Shown here one piece after another: positions 47,723 through 56,100 of a DNA stretch of 64,000 nt. Source of the stretch: Cucumibacter sp. (GTDB lineage: Bacteria > Pseudomonadota > Alphaproteobacteria > Rhizobiales > Devosiaceae). Both the position numbers and the translations under genes were made by a program. Within the stretch, counting starts at the first letter, position 1. Each line of letters begins with the position of its first letter. The notes beneath the pieces were generated by a model, which made no database searches, was not told where the DNA came from, and saw nothing but the letters and a program-made list of their open reading frames with translations. Where the stretch lies: NCBI GenBank assembly GCA_040881985.1, contig JBBECE010000033.1, positions 4,692-68,691 of the forward strand, read 5' to 3'.

Positions 47723-49287
47723 GCGAGTCCGAGCTTTTGGGCGAGCCCGATCCTTTGCAGCTTGCCGGTCGCGCCCTTCGGAATTTCCTCGAGGATTAGC
47801 ACCCGCCGCGGCACTTTGAAATCGGCCAGCCGCTCACCCGCGAAAGCCCTGATGCCGCGCTCGTCGGCCTTGGCGCCTTCGCGCAACACGACCGCGGCGG
47901 CCACTTCTTCACCGAGCTTGGCGTGCGGCATGGCGAAGGTCACTACTTGGGCAACCGCCGGATGATCCATCAGCACCTCGTCGACCTCGCGCGGCGAAAT
48001 CTTCTCGCCGCCCCGGTTGATGATCTCCTTGCGGCGTCCAGTCACCCTGACATATCCCTGCTCGTCCATGACGCCCTGATCGCCGGTGTGGAACCAGCCA
48101 TGCGCGAATGCGGTTTCGTTGGCCGCCGGATTATTCTCATAGCCTAGCGTTACGTTGGGCCCGCGAATCACGATCTCACCCTCGTCGCCAGCGCAGAGGA
48201 GGCGCCCGTCCTCCGCCATGATAGTGACCTCGGGCCCCGCAGCGATACCCACCGTGCCCGGCTTGCGCATTGCCGGCGGCAGCGGGTTCGACGACATTTG
48301 ATGGGCGGCCTCGGTCATGCCGTAGGATTCGATGACCGGACAGCCGAACGTCGCCTCAAGCTCTCCCATGACCTGCGGGGGCAGCGACGCCGAAGACGAA
48401 CGGATGAACCGCAGCGCCGCCGTCTTTAGGACGTCCTCATTGCGCGGCGCCCGGGCGAGGATCGCCTGATGCATGGTTGGCACGGCACTGTACCAGCTCG
48501 GCCTCATCTCCTTCAGCCAGCCAAAAAAGCTCAACGCATTGAAGCCCGGCGTACAGTAAACGCTGCCGCCCGCCTTGAGCGAGGACAACACCGCGGCCAC
48601 CAGCCCGTGAATATGAAACAACGGCATGATGTTGAGGCACCGGTCGTCCGCCGTCAGCGCCAGCGCCGCGCCGATATGGCCCGCCGACGCGATCAAATTG
48701 GCATGGCTAAGCGGCACGAGTTTCGGGCGCGACGTGGTGCCCGACGTGTGCAGCAAGAGCGCGGTGTGCGCCGGCGTGGGGGAGGTACGTTCGACCGGCG
48801 CACCGAGGGCCGCGCCCGCGATCGAAAATCCGCCGGCCGGCCCTGATGCGTCGGCGACGAGCCGCAGCACCGCGATCCCCAGCCGCGCCGCAATTTGAAC
48901 CGCCGGGCCATCGTCATCCGGCGCGACGAGTAGCGCCTGCGCCCCAATGTCGCTGAGGTAGAACTCAAGCTCCTCGGCCCTGTAGCCCGGATTAAGCGGC
49001 GCTGTTGCAGCGGCAGCGCCAACTGCAACGAAGGCGGCTGCCATTTCCGGGCCGTTAGGCAAAACCATGGCGACGCGGTCGTCCGTCCCGATACCGAGTT
49101 CGCCCAGCCGTCCGACGGTCGCCTTCACCAGCGCTCGCAATTCCGCATGGGTCAGCGGCACTCGGCCTGGGGCGCCGATTGCCGGTGCATCGTCGGCGCC
49201 GGCGGCGATCCCCGCCAGCGTCAATATCGCGGGCGCGCCGTCAGACAACGACCACCTCGAGATCGCCGACGCCGTCGATATGCCCAT
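47719..49287 (-). CDS. AMP-forming acyl-CoA synthetase (AAE3/oxalate--CoA ligase-like)
   Basis: 522 aa with AMP-binding motifs (LLHTSGTTSRPK, GYGMTE-like SYGMTEA, TGD, GKLQR). The N-terminal block APLNPGYRAEELEFYLSD resembles the AAE3 subfamily. ATG 49287 overlaps the FAH gene by 47 nt, so a TTG about 39 nt downstream is an alternative start. Confidence 0.88.
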   Translation of the reverse strand: MGISTASAISRWSLSDGAPAILTLAGIAAGADDAPAIGAPGRVPLTHAELRALVKATVGRLGELGIGTDDRVAMVLPNGPEMAAAFVAVGAAAATAPLNPGYRAEELEFYLSDIGAQALLVAPDDDGPAVQIAARLGIAVLRLVADASGPAGGFSIAGAALGAPVERTSPTPAHTALLLHTSGTTSRPKLVPLSHANLIASAGHIGAALALTADDRCLNIMPLFHIHGLVAAVLSSLKAGGSVYCTPGFNALSFFGWLKEMRPSWYSAVPTMHQAILARAPRNEDVLKTAALRFIRSSSASLPPQVMGELEATFGCPVIESYGMTEAAHQMSSNPLPPAMRKPGTVGIAAGPEVTIMAEDGRLLCAGDEGEIVIRGPNVTLGYENNPAANETAFAHGWFHTGDQGVMDEQGYVRVTGRRKEIINRGGEKISPREVDEVLMDHPAVAQVVTFAMPHAKLGEEVAAAVVLREGAKADERGIRAFAGERLADFKVPRRVLILEEIPKGATGKLQRIGLAQKLGLA

Positions 49288-49945
49288 GCAGCCGGTCGCC
49301 CTTGTTCACCGGTCCAACCCCCGAGGGCGTGCCCGACATAATCAAGTCGCCCGGCGCCAGCGTGAACAGCCCGGAAAGGTGGCTGATGATCTCCGGTGCT
49401 TTCCAGATCATCTGGTTGAGATTGCCGGCCTGCCTGCGGTCGCCGTTGACCTCCAGCCAAATCTCGCCCGAGGCAGGGTGACCGATCCGGCTCGCCGGCA
49501 CGAGCGCGCCGCAGGGGGCGGAGTGTTCGAACGCTTTGCCCACTTCCCAGGGCCGGCCCATGTCTTTGGCCTTGCCCTGCAGATCGCGGCGGGTCATGTC
49601 GAGCCCCACAGCATAGCCGAAGACGCAGTCGAGCGCGCGGGTCACGGCGATATCGGCACCCCCGCTCTTCAGTGCCACCACCATTTCGATTTCGTGATGG
49701 ACGTCGGACGTGGCCGACGGGTAGGGGAACTCGCCCGAAAACGACAAATTGTCCGGATTCTTCTGAAAGAAGAACGGCGGCTCCTTGTCGGGGTCATGAC
49801 CCATCTCGACCGCGTGCGCCGCGTAGTTGCGCCCCACGCAATAGATGCGGTGCACCGGGAAGAGCTCGCCGGTGTTCCCCACCGACACGGCGACGACGGG
49901 CGGGGGGTCGATGACAAAGCGGGGGGTCTGGACTGATCGGTTCAT
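49241..49945 (-). CDS. fumarylacetoacetate hydrolase (FAH) family protein
   Basis: 234 aa with typical FAH-fold blocks (IYCVGRNYAAHAVEMG, HEIEMVV, GKAFEHSAPCG, PGDLIMSGTPSGVG). Its start overlaps the permease stop (TAATG). Confidence 0.9.
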   Translation of the reverse strand: MNRSVQTPRFVIDPPPVVAVSVGNTGELFPVHRIYCVGRNYAAHAVEMGHDPDKEPPFFFQKNPDNLSFSGEFPYPSATSDVHHEIEMVVALKSGGADIAVTRALDCVFGYAVGLDMTRRDLQGKAKDMGRPWEVGKAFEHSAPCGALVPASRIGHPASGEIWLEVNGDRRQAGNLNQMIWKAPEIISHLSGLFTLAPGDLIMSGTPSGVGPVNKGDRLHGHIDGVGDLEVVVV

Positions 49946-50697
49946 TATCTTGCTCCAGCGTAGTACTGCACCCGGCGCTCGGCCCGCTCAATCAGCTCCG
50001 ACACCAACATGGCGAAAGCGAACAGCATGATAGCGAGCGCCCAAAACTGGGTCATTCGGAAGTTGCGCGAGAAGGTCTCGAACAGGGCGCCGTAGCCGAC
50101 GATCGACACCAATAACTGGCCGATGACGACGCCCTTGACGCCACGAATCAACCCGAGCCGGACGCCCGCCAGGATCTCCGGCAGGGCCGCCCAAACGATC
50201 ACCTTTGAATAGAGCGCGAGACGGGTGGCACCGTAGGATCGCGCCATTTCCAATAGCGATGGCGAGATGTGGCGCACGCCGGCGCGGGTGTCGAGAACGA
50301 CGATCCAGACCGAAAACAGGAACACCGAAGCGACGATCGTTAACTCCCCGAAACCGAAAAGGATCATCAGCACCGGCACCAGCGCCGAAAGCGGCGCGCT
50401 GGCGAAAATATTCACCCACATGCCCAGGAGATCGTCGGCGACGCGCATGCGCCCCATCAGAATACCCAGCGCAATGCCGGCGACGATCGAGATACCCATG
50501 CCGATAAAAAAAGCGCGCAATGTCGTTGCCGTCGCCGTCTGCCAGGATTGCGAACCGGTCAATTCCACCGCCGCCGCCAAAACGGCGCTGAACGGGGGCA
50601 GCAGGAACACAAGGTCCAACTGGCCAACCACCTCCCAGATGAGCGCCCAGACGATCAGGGACGCCATCATCGGCACACGAATTCCGAAGACCTTCAC
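49945..50697 (-). CDS. ABC transporter permease (NitT/TauT family)
   Basis: 250 aa with 6 TM segments, in operon with the ATPase, the second permease and the SBP. Confidence 0.88.
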   Translation of the reverse strand: MKVFGIRVPMMASLIVWALIWEVVGQLDLVFLLPPFSAVLAAAVELTGSQSWQTATATTLRAFFIGMGISIVAGIALGILMGRMRVADDLLGMWVNIFASAPLSALVPVLMILFGFGELTIVASVFLFSVWIVVLDTRAGVRHISPSLLEMARSYGATRLALYSKVIVWAALPEILAGVRLGLIRGVKGVVIGQLLVSIVGYGALFETFSRNFRMTQFWALAIMLFAFAMLVSELIERAERRVQYYAGAR

Positions 50698-50703
50698 AAT
50701 CGC

Positions 50704-51519
50704 TCACTCGACATATTGCTTTAGCCCCTGCCAAATCTCCTCGACCGTATCGAGGTAGTGCCGGTCGCGGCGGATATCTTCGGGATTGCCAGTGCGGTCG
50801 ATACTCGGCTCGATGATTTGCGACACCCGACCCGGCCGCGGCGACAGGAGCACGATGCGGTCGGAGATGTAGACCGCTTCCTCGATCGAGTGGGTGACGA
50901 AGATAAAGGTCTTGTTCTGCCGCTGACGCAACTCGATCAGGTCTTCCTGGAATTGCCGGCGGTTCTGCTCGTCGACCGCCGAGAAAGGCTCGTCGAGCAG
51001 CAGTACCTCGGCATCGACCGCCAGCGCCCGCGCCAGACCGACCCGCTGGCGCATTCCGCCCGAAAGCTCGTGGGGATATTTGTCCTCGAACCCGGTCAGC
51101 CCGACATCCCCGACATAGCGGCGGGCGATTTCCTCGCGTTCCGCTTTCGGCCGGCCGCGCAATTCAAGCCCGAACGCGACGTTGCGGATCACCGTTGCCC
51201 AGGGCAACAGCGCGAAGTCCTGAAAGACGAAGGCCCGTTCGGGCCCCGGCCCGGTCACCTGCCTTCCGCCGACCTCGACGGTGCCGGCGGTCGGGGTGAG
51301 CAGGCCCGCGATGATCTTCAGAAGCGTGGTCTTGCCGCAGCCGCTGGGACCCAAAAGGCTCGTCAACTTGCCGCGCGGGAAATCGAGATCGAGGTCCCGC
51401 AGCGCCTCGATGTCGGCCTCATAGACCATGCCGATGCCGCGCGTCGAGACGATCGCGTCTTCGGTCTTCGGGCCTTTCGTCGAGGCATTCATCGCGGCGG
51501 CGCGTTCGCCTGTTGCCAT
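50704..51519 (-). CDS. ABC transporter ATP-binding protein (NitT/TauT family)
   Basis: ORF 50704..51711, with the start moved to ATG 51519, 1 nt after the permease stop. Walker [11 protein letters not shown], signature LSGGMRQRV, Walker B LLLDEPFS. Confidence 0.9.
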   Translation of the reverse strand: MATGERAAAMNASTKGPKTEDAIVSTRGIGMVYEADIEALRDLDLDFPRGKLTSLLGPSGCGKTTLLKIIAGLLTPTAGTVEVGGRQVTGPGPERAFVFQDFALLPWATVIRNVAFGLELRGRPKAEREEIARRYVGDVGLTGFEDKYPHELSGGMRQRVGLARALAVDAEVLLLDEPFSAVDEQNRRQFQEDLIELRQRQNKTFIFVTHSIEEAVYISDRIVLLSPRPGRVSQIIEPSIDRTGNPEDIRRDRHYLDTVEEIWQGLKQYVE

Positions 51520-51520
51520 T

Positions 51521-52348
51521 TCAGGCTCCTCGCTTTTCGGGTCGGAATACGCCGACCTCGAACCACTGGACGGCGAGCAGCGTGAAGGTCGATAGCGCGA
51601 TGATCGAAACAATTGTCGCGTACATTTCCGCATAATGCGCGCGCGAGCGATAAAAGGTGATGAGATCGCCGATGCCTGTTGGCGTGATGAGTAATTCGGC
51701 CAGCACCACACCGACGAAGCCGGCGGCGATGCCGAGCCGGAGCCCCGCGAAGATCACCGGGCTCGCGTCGGGCAGCACGATCTTGAAGATCGCCTGTCGC
51801 CTGTTGCCGAGGAACGAGCGGCACATCGCCAGCAACGTCGCGTTGACGTTTTCGACGGCGCGGTAGGAATTAAGCACGATCACCGGCAGTGCCAGGATGA
51901 TCACCGCCAGCGTCTTCGCCGTCAGCCCGATGCCGTAGACGAAGGTCACGAGCGGAATGAGCGCCGCGACCGGGGCCGCCTGCAAGACAACGAAGACCGG
52001 GATCAGCATCCATTCGGCGGGCTTCCACAGCCCGCAAAAGACACCGACGCTCACCCCGATCAGCGTCGAGAGCACGACGCCGAGCACCAATGGCTGCAGC
52101 GTCTGCACATAAGCTTGCGGTAGCTCTCCGCTCAGCAGCATCGAGGCCAGCGCAGTGACGGTTTCGGAGAAAGTGGGGAACGCAAAACTGATCGGAACCC
52201 GGCCGGCGATTTCCCAGATCGCCGCGAAGATCACGAACGAGGCGACCCTGAGCGCTATTGGCCGGCCGCGCCGGCCGGCCGACTGATGTCGCGCCGGGGT
52301 GGGGGGCGCGAGGATATCGGTCTCGCGCCCGGCTTGTTCGGAAGTCAT
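51521..52348 (-). CDS. ABC transporter permease (NitT/TauT family)
   Basis: 275-aa polytopic protein that follows the SBP gene by 12 nt. Confidence 0.88.
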   Translation of the reverse strand: MTSEQAGRETDILAPPTPARHQSAGRRGRPIALRVASFVIFAAIWEIAGRVPISFAFPTFSETVTALASMLLSGELPQAYVQTLQPLVLGVVLSTLIGVSVGVFCGLWKPAEWMLIPVFVVLQAAPVAALIPLVTFVYGIGLTAKTLAVIILALPVIVLNSYRAVENVNATLLAMCRSFLGNRRQAIFKIVLPDASPVIFAGLRLGIAAGFVGVVLAELLITPTGIGDLITFYRSRAHYAEMYATIVSIIALSTFTLLAVQWFEVGVFRPEKRGA

Positions 52349-52360
52349 ACTTCGGTCGGC

Positions 52361-53353
52361 CTACATCGCGCCGATGTTGGCGAGCACCCGGTCGACTGAG
52401 CTGAAGTCCCAGAAGTCGGCAACGTTCAGCGTTGCCGGGTCGCCCTGCAACTGGCCGGAAGCGGCGAAGAAGTCGAAGTCGTCCTGCACGGCGTCGGCCC
52501 CGCCGCCGTTCACCGCCAGCGCGCCGGCTTCGGCGGTTTCGGTGTAGTAGGCGAGGATTTCCGCGTCCGCCTCCGCGCCGAGGTCCGGCAACAGATTGTA
52601 GGTGTTGCGGTACTCGACGGCGAGCGCGGGATTCTCGGTGATCGCCCGCGCCGTCGTCAAAAGCGCCTCGACAAGAGCGTCGACCGCCGCCGCGTTGGAT
52701 GCAAGATACTCGGCCGTGGCGAAAAGCGCCTCGTCGGTTGCTTCGACATCCTCGATCGGCAGCACCATGAACCGGTCGTGCGCTTCCTCAAGCAGGATCT
52801 GACGGTTGGCCGCGTCGACGATCGAGGCATTGATGGTGCCCTGCAGCAAGGCACCTCGCCGGACTTCGGAGCCCGGAACATAGCTGATCTCCGAGTAAGT
52901 AATGCCGTGACGCTTGGCCATCAGCATCATGATCGCCTCGGTGCCTGAGCCGCGGGCCTGCACGGCGATTGCCTGTCCGTCGAGATCCTCCCACGAGGAA
53001 TACATTGCCTTGTTGACGACCGGGAAGAATCGGGCGTTGGAGATCTTGACGAACATGCGCACCGGCACGCCGGCTTCCTGAATCAGCGTATAGGGAGCGC
53101 CGATGCCGATGTCGGCCTGGCCACCGACGATCGCCTGGGCGGCGAGGTCTTCGTCATTGAGAATGATGAGTTCGATATCGGTGCCCGCCGCCTTGGCATG
53201 TTCGATGGCGGCGAGGGTGTGGATCGACTCGATGCCCGGCAGATCGCCAAGGGCGACCCTGACGGTTTGTGCTTGGACGGACGCGGCGCACAGCACGCTT
53301 GCGGTAACCGAAAGCGCGCCGGCGACCAGAATTTTTGTTGATAGTTTGGTCAT
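52361..53353 (-). CDS. ABC transporter substrate-binding protein (NMT1/THI5-like, NitT/TauT family)
   Basis: 330 aa with signal peptide MTKLSTKILVAGALSVTASVLCAASVQAQ. It is the first gene of the minus-strand operon, with a GGGAGG SD. Confidence 0.85.
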   Translation of the reverse strand: MTKLSTKILVAGALSVTASVLCAASVQAQTVRVALGDLPGIESIHTLAAIEHAKAAGTDIELIILNDEDLAAQAIVGGQADIGIGAPYTLIQEAGVPVRMFVKISNARFFPVVNKAMYSSWEDLDGQAIAVQARGSGTEAIMMLMAKRHGITYSEISYVPGSEVRRGALLQGTINASIVDAANRQILLEEAHDRFMVLPIEDVEATDEALFATAEYLASNAAAVDALVEALLTTARAITENPALAVEYRNTYNLLPDLGAEADAEILAYYTETAEAGALAVNGGGADAVQDDFDFFAASGQLQGDPATLNVADFWDFSSVDRVLANIGAM

Positions 53354-53364
53354 TAGTTCCTCCC

Positions 53365-53391
53365 TTGGTTTTCACCAATGACTTGATTGGT
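53365..53391. promoter_or_regulatory. candidate FCD-GntR operator: TTGGT-N4-ACCAAT-N6-ATTGGT
   Basis: Read directly: ttggt (53365-53369), accaat (53374-53379) and attggt (53386-53391). The half-sites match the (A)TTGGT/ACCAA(T) arms of PdhR/LldR-type FadR-subfamily boxes. The site lies between the SBP operon and the divergent GntR gene. Confidence 0.4.
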
Positions 53392-53482
53392 TAGGCTGCC
53401 TGGGCTACTTGGTCAAGCGAATCCGGCTTCGATGCGCCGGGAGTTGGCCGCAGCAGCAGGGATCGGCTATAGAAGACCGCGC

Positions 53483-54175
53483 ATGACCAACGAAACCAAT
53501 TCCGGCCACGCCGCCTTGGTGCAGTTGCGGGCCTATCTCGCGCAGCACGATCCGCCCAGCAACGCCAAGCTCCCCCCCGAGCGCGAACTCTGCGAAATCC
53601 TTGGCGTCTCCCGCGGCGACCTGCGCAAGGCTTTGGCGATTTTGCAAAGTGACGGGCAGATCTGGCGGCATGTGGGCAGAGGCACATTCGTCGGCAGCGG
53701 ACCAATCGAGGAAATGGTGTCGCTTGCCGACATCGCCGGACGCACCAGCCCGACTGACCTGATGCGCGCCCGGCTGATCCTCGAGACCGAGATCGCGCGA
53801 GAAGCGGCATTGCAGGCGACACCCGACGACGTTCAGGCAATGCGCAGGACACTCGTACAGATGCGCGCCGCGGCAACTTGGCGGCAATACGAGAACGCTG
53901 ACAACCTCTTGCATCGGCAGATTGCTCATGCCAGCCGCAACACGGTGTTACTCGGCCTCTTCGACTCGCTCAATGCCATCCGGCGCGCCGTCGTCTGGGG
54001 CCGCTTGCGTAGCGAACCCGCCCGCCCGCCCGCCGATCATCACAGCTTCGCCGAACACGAGCACATAGTCGACGCCATCGAGCACCGCGATCTCGGCGCC
54101 GCCGCGGCGGCCATGCGCGAGCATCTGCGGTCGGTTGCCAGCCGGCTGCTCCCCATCCGCGTCGCCGCGGAGTAG
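53483..54175 (+). CDS. GntR family transcriptional regulator (FCD domain)
   Basis: ORF 53387..54175, with the start moved to ATG 53483. It has a wHTH (KLPPERELCEILGVSRGDLRKALAIL) and an FCD domain (ADHHSFAEHEHIVDAI). Confidence 0.88.
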   Translation: MTNETNSGHAALVQLRAYLAQHDPPSNAKLPPERELCEILGVSRGDLRKALAILQSDGQIWRHVGRGTFVGSGPIEEMVSLADIAGRTSPTDLMRARLILETEIAREAALQATPDDVQAMRRTLVQMRAAATWRQYENADNLLHRQIAHASRNTVLLGLFDSLNAIRRAVVWGRLRSEPARPPADHHSFAEHEHIVDAIEHRDLGAAAAAMREHLRSVASRLLPIRVAAE

Positions 54176-54384
54176 ATGCGGCGTGTTTGTGGCCGTCCAA
54201 GGGCTCAAGGTCTAGGAACCTCCACAGGACATTTGCTGTGCTTGGCGGCTCGTTTGGACCCCGTCACAGCAACCTATTGATCAGCTGGATCACTCGAATG
54301 CCTTTCCAACTTTCCAGAGGCGCGATGCCGTTCGGTCGGCGCCGGCGACAACCACGTTGCTGCTGGACGACCTAGCGACGGAGC

Positions 54385-54640
54385 AAGTCAATGGATACGG
54401 CCGGCCTGATCCCCCGGTCTGCCGGCGCGTGCCGTTCACGTCCAGACAGATCTCGCTTTTCGTCGGATGGCCGACTTCCAGCGGCCGAAGCAACGACGTA
54501 CAAGTTGCGGAGAACTCGAAGATCTTGCCCACTTCCCGGCGACGACCCTGGTGTTTGGCGGCGCTTCGCAGATCGCGGCGGGTCATGTCGAGATCGCAGG
54601 CATGGGCGAATACGCATTCGAGTGCGTCAGATTCGGGGGT
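54385..54640 (-). pseudogene. fragment of an FAH-family gene (paralogue of 49241..49945)
   Basis: The minus-strand translation ECVFAHACDLDMTRRDLRSAAKHQGRRREVGKIFEFSATCTSLLRPLEVGHPTKSEICLDVNGTRRQTG parallels DCVFGYAVGLDMTRRDLQGKAKDMGRPWEVGKAFEHSAPCGALVPASRIGHPASGEIWLEVNGDRRQAG. The N- and C-terminal parts are missing. Confidence 0.6.
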
Positions 54641-54649
54641 AACGCGCCA

Positions 54650-55037
54650 GCCGCGGCCCGGCGCAAGGCGGTGATTGGGCTGGCCCGAGAATATCAAGCC
54701 CAGGCCATCCTGATCGAGGCCAGCGCCAATGGGAGCCCTCTCGTCGCCGATCTGCGTCATATCAACGCCCCTCCTACCCACACCAATTGCCGTGAAACCG
54801 CGCGGCTCAAAGGTCGAAAGGCTTTCGATTCAATCGCATCGGATTGAGGCCGGCGACCTCAAACTTCCCGAGCAGGCCCCGTGGCGCGATGCATTTCTCG
54901 CCGAGATGCTCGCCTTCCCGAATGGTCATCACGATGATCGGGCCGATGCGCTGTCACAACTTCTAGGCTGGCTTGATTCGCGCTCTATCAGTCCCCCGCT
55001 GATTGGCTCTGCGCCCATCATAATTCTCGGATCGTGA
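54650..55037 (+). pseudogene. C-terminal remnant of a phage terminase large-subunit-like gene (frameshifted)
   Basis: Two frames joined give ...AREYQAQAILIEASANGSPLVADLRH... and ...VKPRGSKVERLSIQSHRIEAGDLKLPEQAPWRDAFLAEMLAFPNGHHDDRADALSQLLGWL. The K-x-R, IE-G-LP, W-F-E-FP and HDD-D-SQ pattern is the conserved C-terminal nuclease region of terminase-like proteins. Confidence 0.6.
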
Positions 55038-55085
55038 TTGGGTCATGCAACTGATGGACTTCTGCGTCAGAGTATAGAGGCGGTA

Positions 55086-55290
55086 TCAGATCGCCGCGCC
55101 GGCAAAGGAGTCTGACTGAAAGCGCTCCATGTCGGCGCCGTCCCCGCCAAATTCGGAGCCGACGTGGATATCAGTTTCTCCTTTACTTCGCGGCAGGGCC
55201 ATTTCGCCTGGTTCCGCGTCATGTCCAAGCAGATGCGCCCGAAAGCCAAAAAGTGCCAACCAATTTGCGCAGAGCTTGGCGCAATGATCA
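55086..55290 (-). pseudogene. possible decayed ImmA/IrrE-type metallopeptidase fragment
   Basis: The minus-strand sequence FGFRAHLLGH...MERFQSDSFAGAAI resembles the F-AHELGH...ERxANxFAA pattern, but the catalytic Glu is replaced and the end is truncated. This is weak, motif-level evidence only. Confidence 0.25.
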
Positions 55291-55425
55291 CGCCAGGAAT
55301 TGCCATCTCCCGATTGGACTTTTCCTGCAAAGCAAGTCTCACTTACATCGAGCCCGGATCGCGACCGGGCCTGTCCCGCTGCAAGCGCCAATCCCGGCCC
55401 TGATTTCGCAACCGGAGGCAACGGA

Positions 55426-55620
55426 ATGACAAAGTCCCCACCCCGAGGCAAATTGGCTGACCTTACGCAGCGCATGGGCGGCCGGGCCGGCGCAAACCTT
55501 GAAGTCCTCCGCAACGCGACGAGATGGCAGGCCCGTACGGTTAAGGCTGCGATCAGCGGGCTGCGAAAAAGGGATACCGGGTCGAGCGCCGTGCGTCGCA
55601 AATGCTCGGCCGCGATCTGA
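55426..55620 (+). CDS. DUF3489-like small protein, probably C-terminally truncated at the repeat boundary
   Basis: ATG 55426 after GGAGG. The segment KLADLTQRMGGRAGANLEVLRNATRWQARTVKAAISGLRK fits the DUF3489 pattern (GAT..EL..ATGWQ.HT.R.A..G.RKK) seen in alphaproteobacterial mobile elements. The stop TGA overlaps the first bases of repeat copy B. Confidence 0.45.
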   Translation: MTKSPPRGKLADLTQRMGGRAGANLEVLRNATRWQARTVKAAISGLRKRDTGSSAVRRKCSAAI

Positions 55621-55989
55621 TTCGATCTCGCGGGACGGTTCCTTCGAAAACCGTTCACAGCATCATGACCCATTCGCTTGCGCGCGAGTGGGCGCGCCAT
55701 AAGGCTCCAGCCTCACCGACGCTCGAGCAAACGAAAGCCGCACCGAACTTTCGTCGTCGAGGTGAAGGAACACGGCCGGCCCATCCCGTTCGTTGGAGAA
55801 CCACACCGATCGCGAAAAGCATTCGAAAACAAAGCCAGCCTCGTGGCACCGGTGATACCAACGCATCCCAAGGCCTAAAACGTCGCGGGTAGCACGATGG
55901 GTCTGAAAACAGGAGTAGTGCAACTATTTGTTAATACACAGTAATTGGGATAAACTGGCGGTGGTTGTAGTCTGCCGCGAACCCGTCTC
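55619..55989. repeat. 371-bp repeat, copy B (direct repeat of 45990..46360)
   Basis: See copy A. Identity breaks sharply on both sides (55618 and 55990). Confidence 0.93.
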
Positions 55990-56100
55990 AACAATGCAAT
56001 CGCGCGGTCTCCGGAGTTTACCGGAAAGTCGGCCAATTTCGGCACCGCGGGCCGAAATTGGCTCCGTAACCAAGCCGTTCATGTTCCGCTGCCGTTCGCG

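Noticed and set aside
49241-49287. 47-nt overlap between the CoA ligase start and the FAH 3' end
   Set aside because: This is most likely a start-codon call issue. An in-frame TTG lies about 39 nt downstream and overlaps the FAH stop region, so this is not a biologically unusual overlap.
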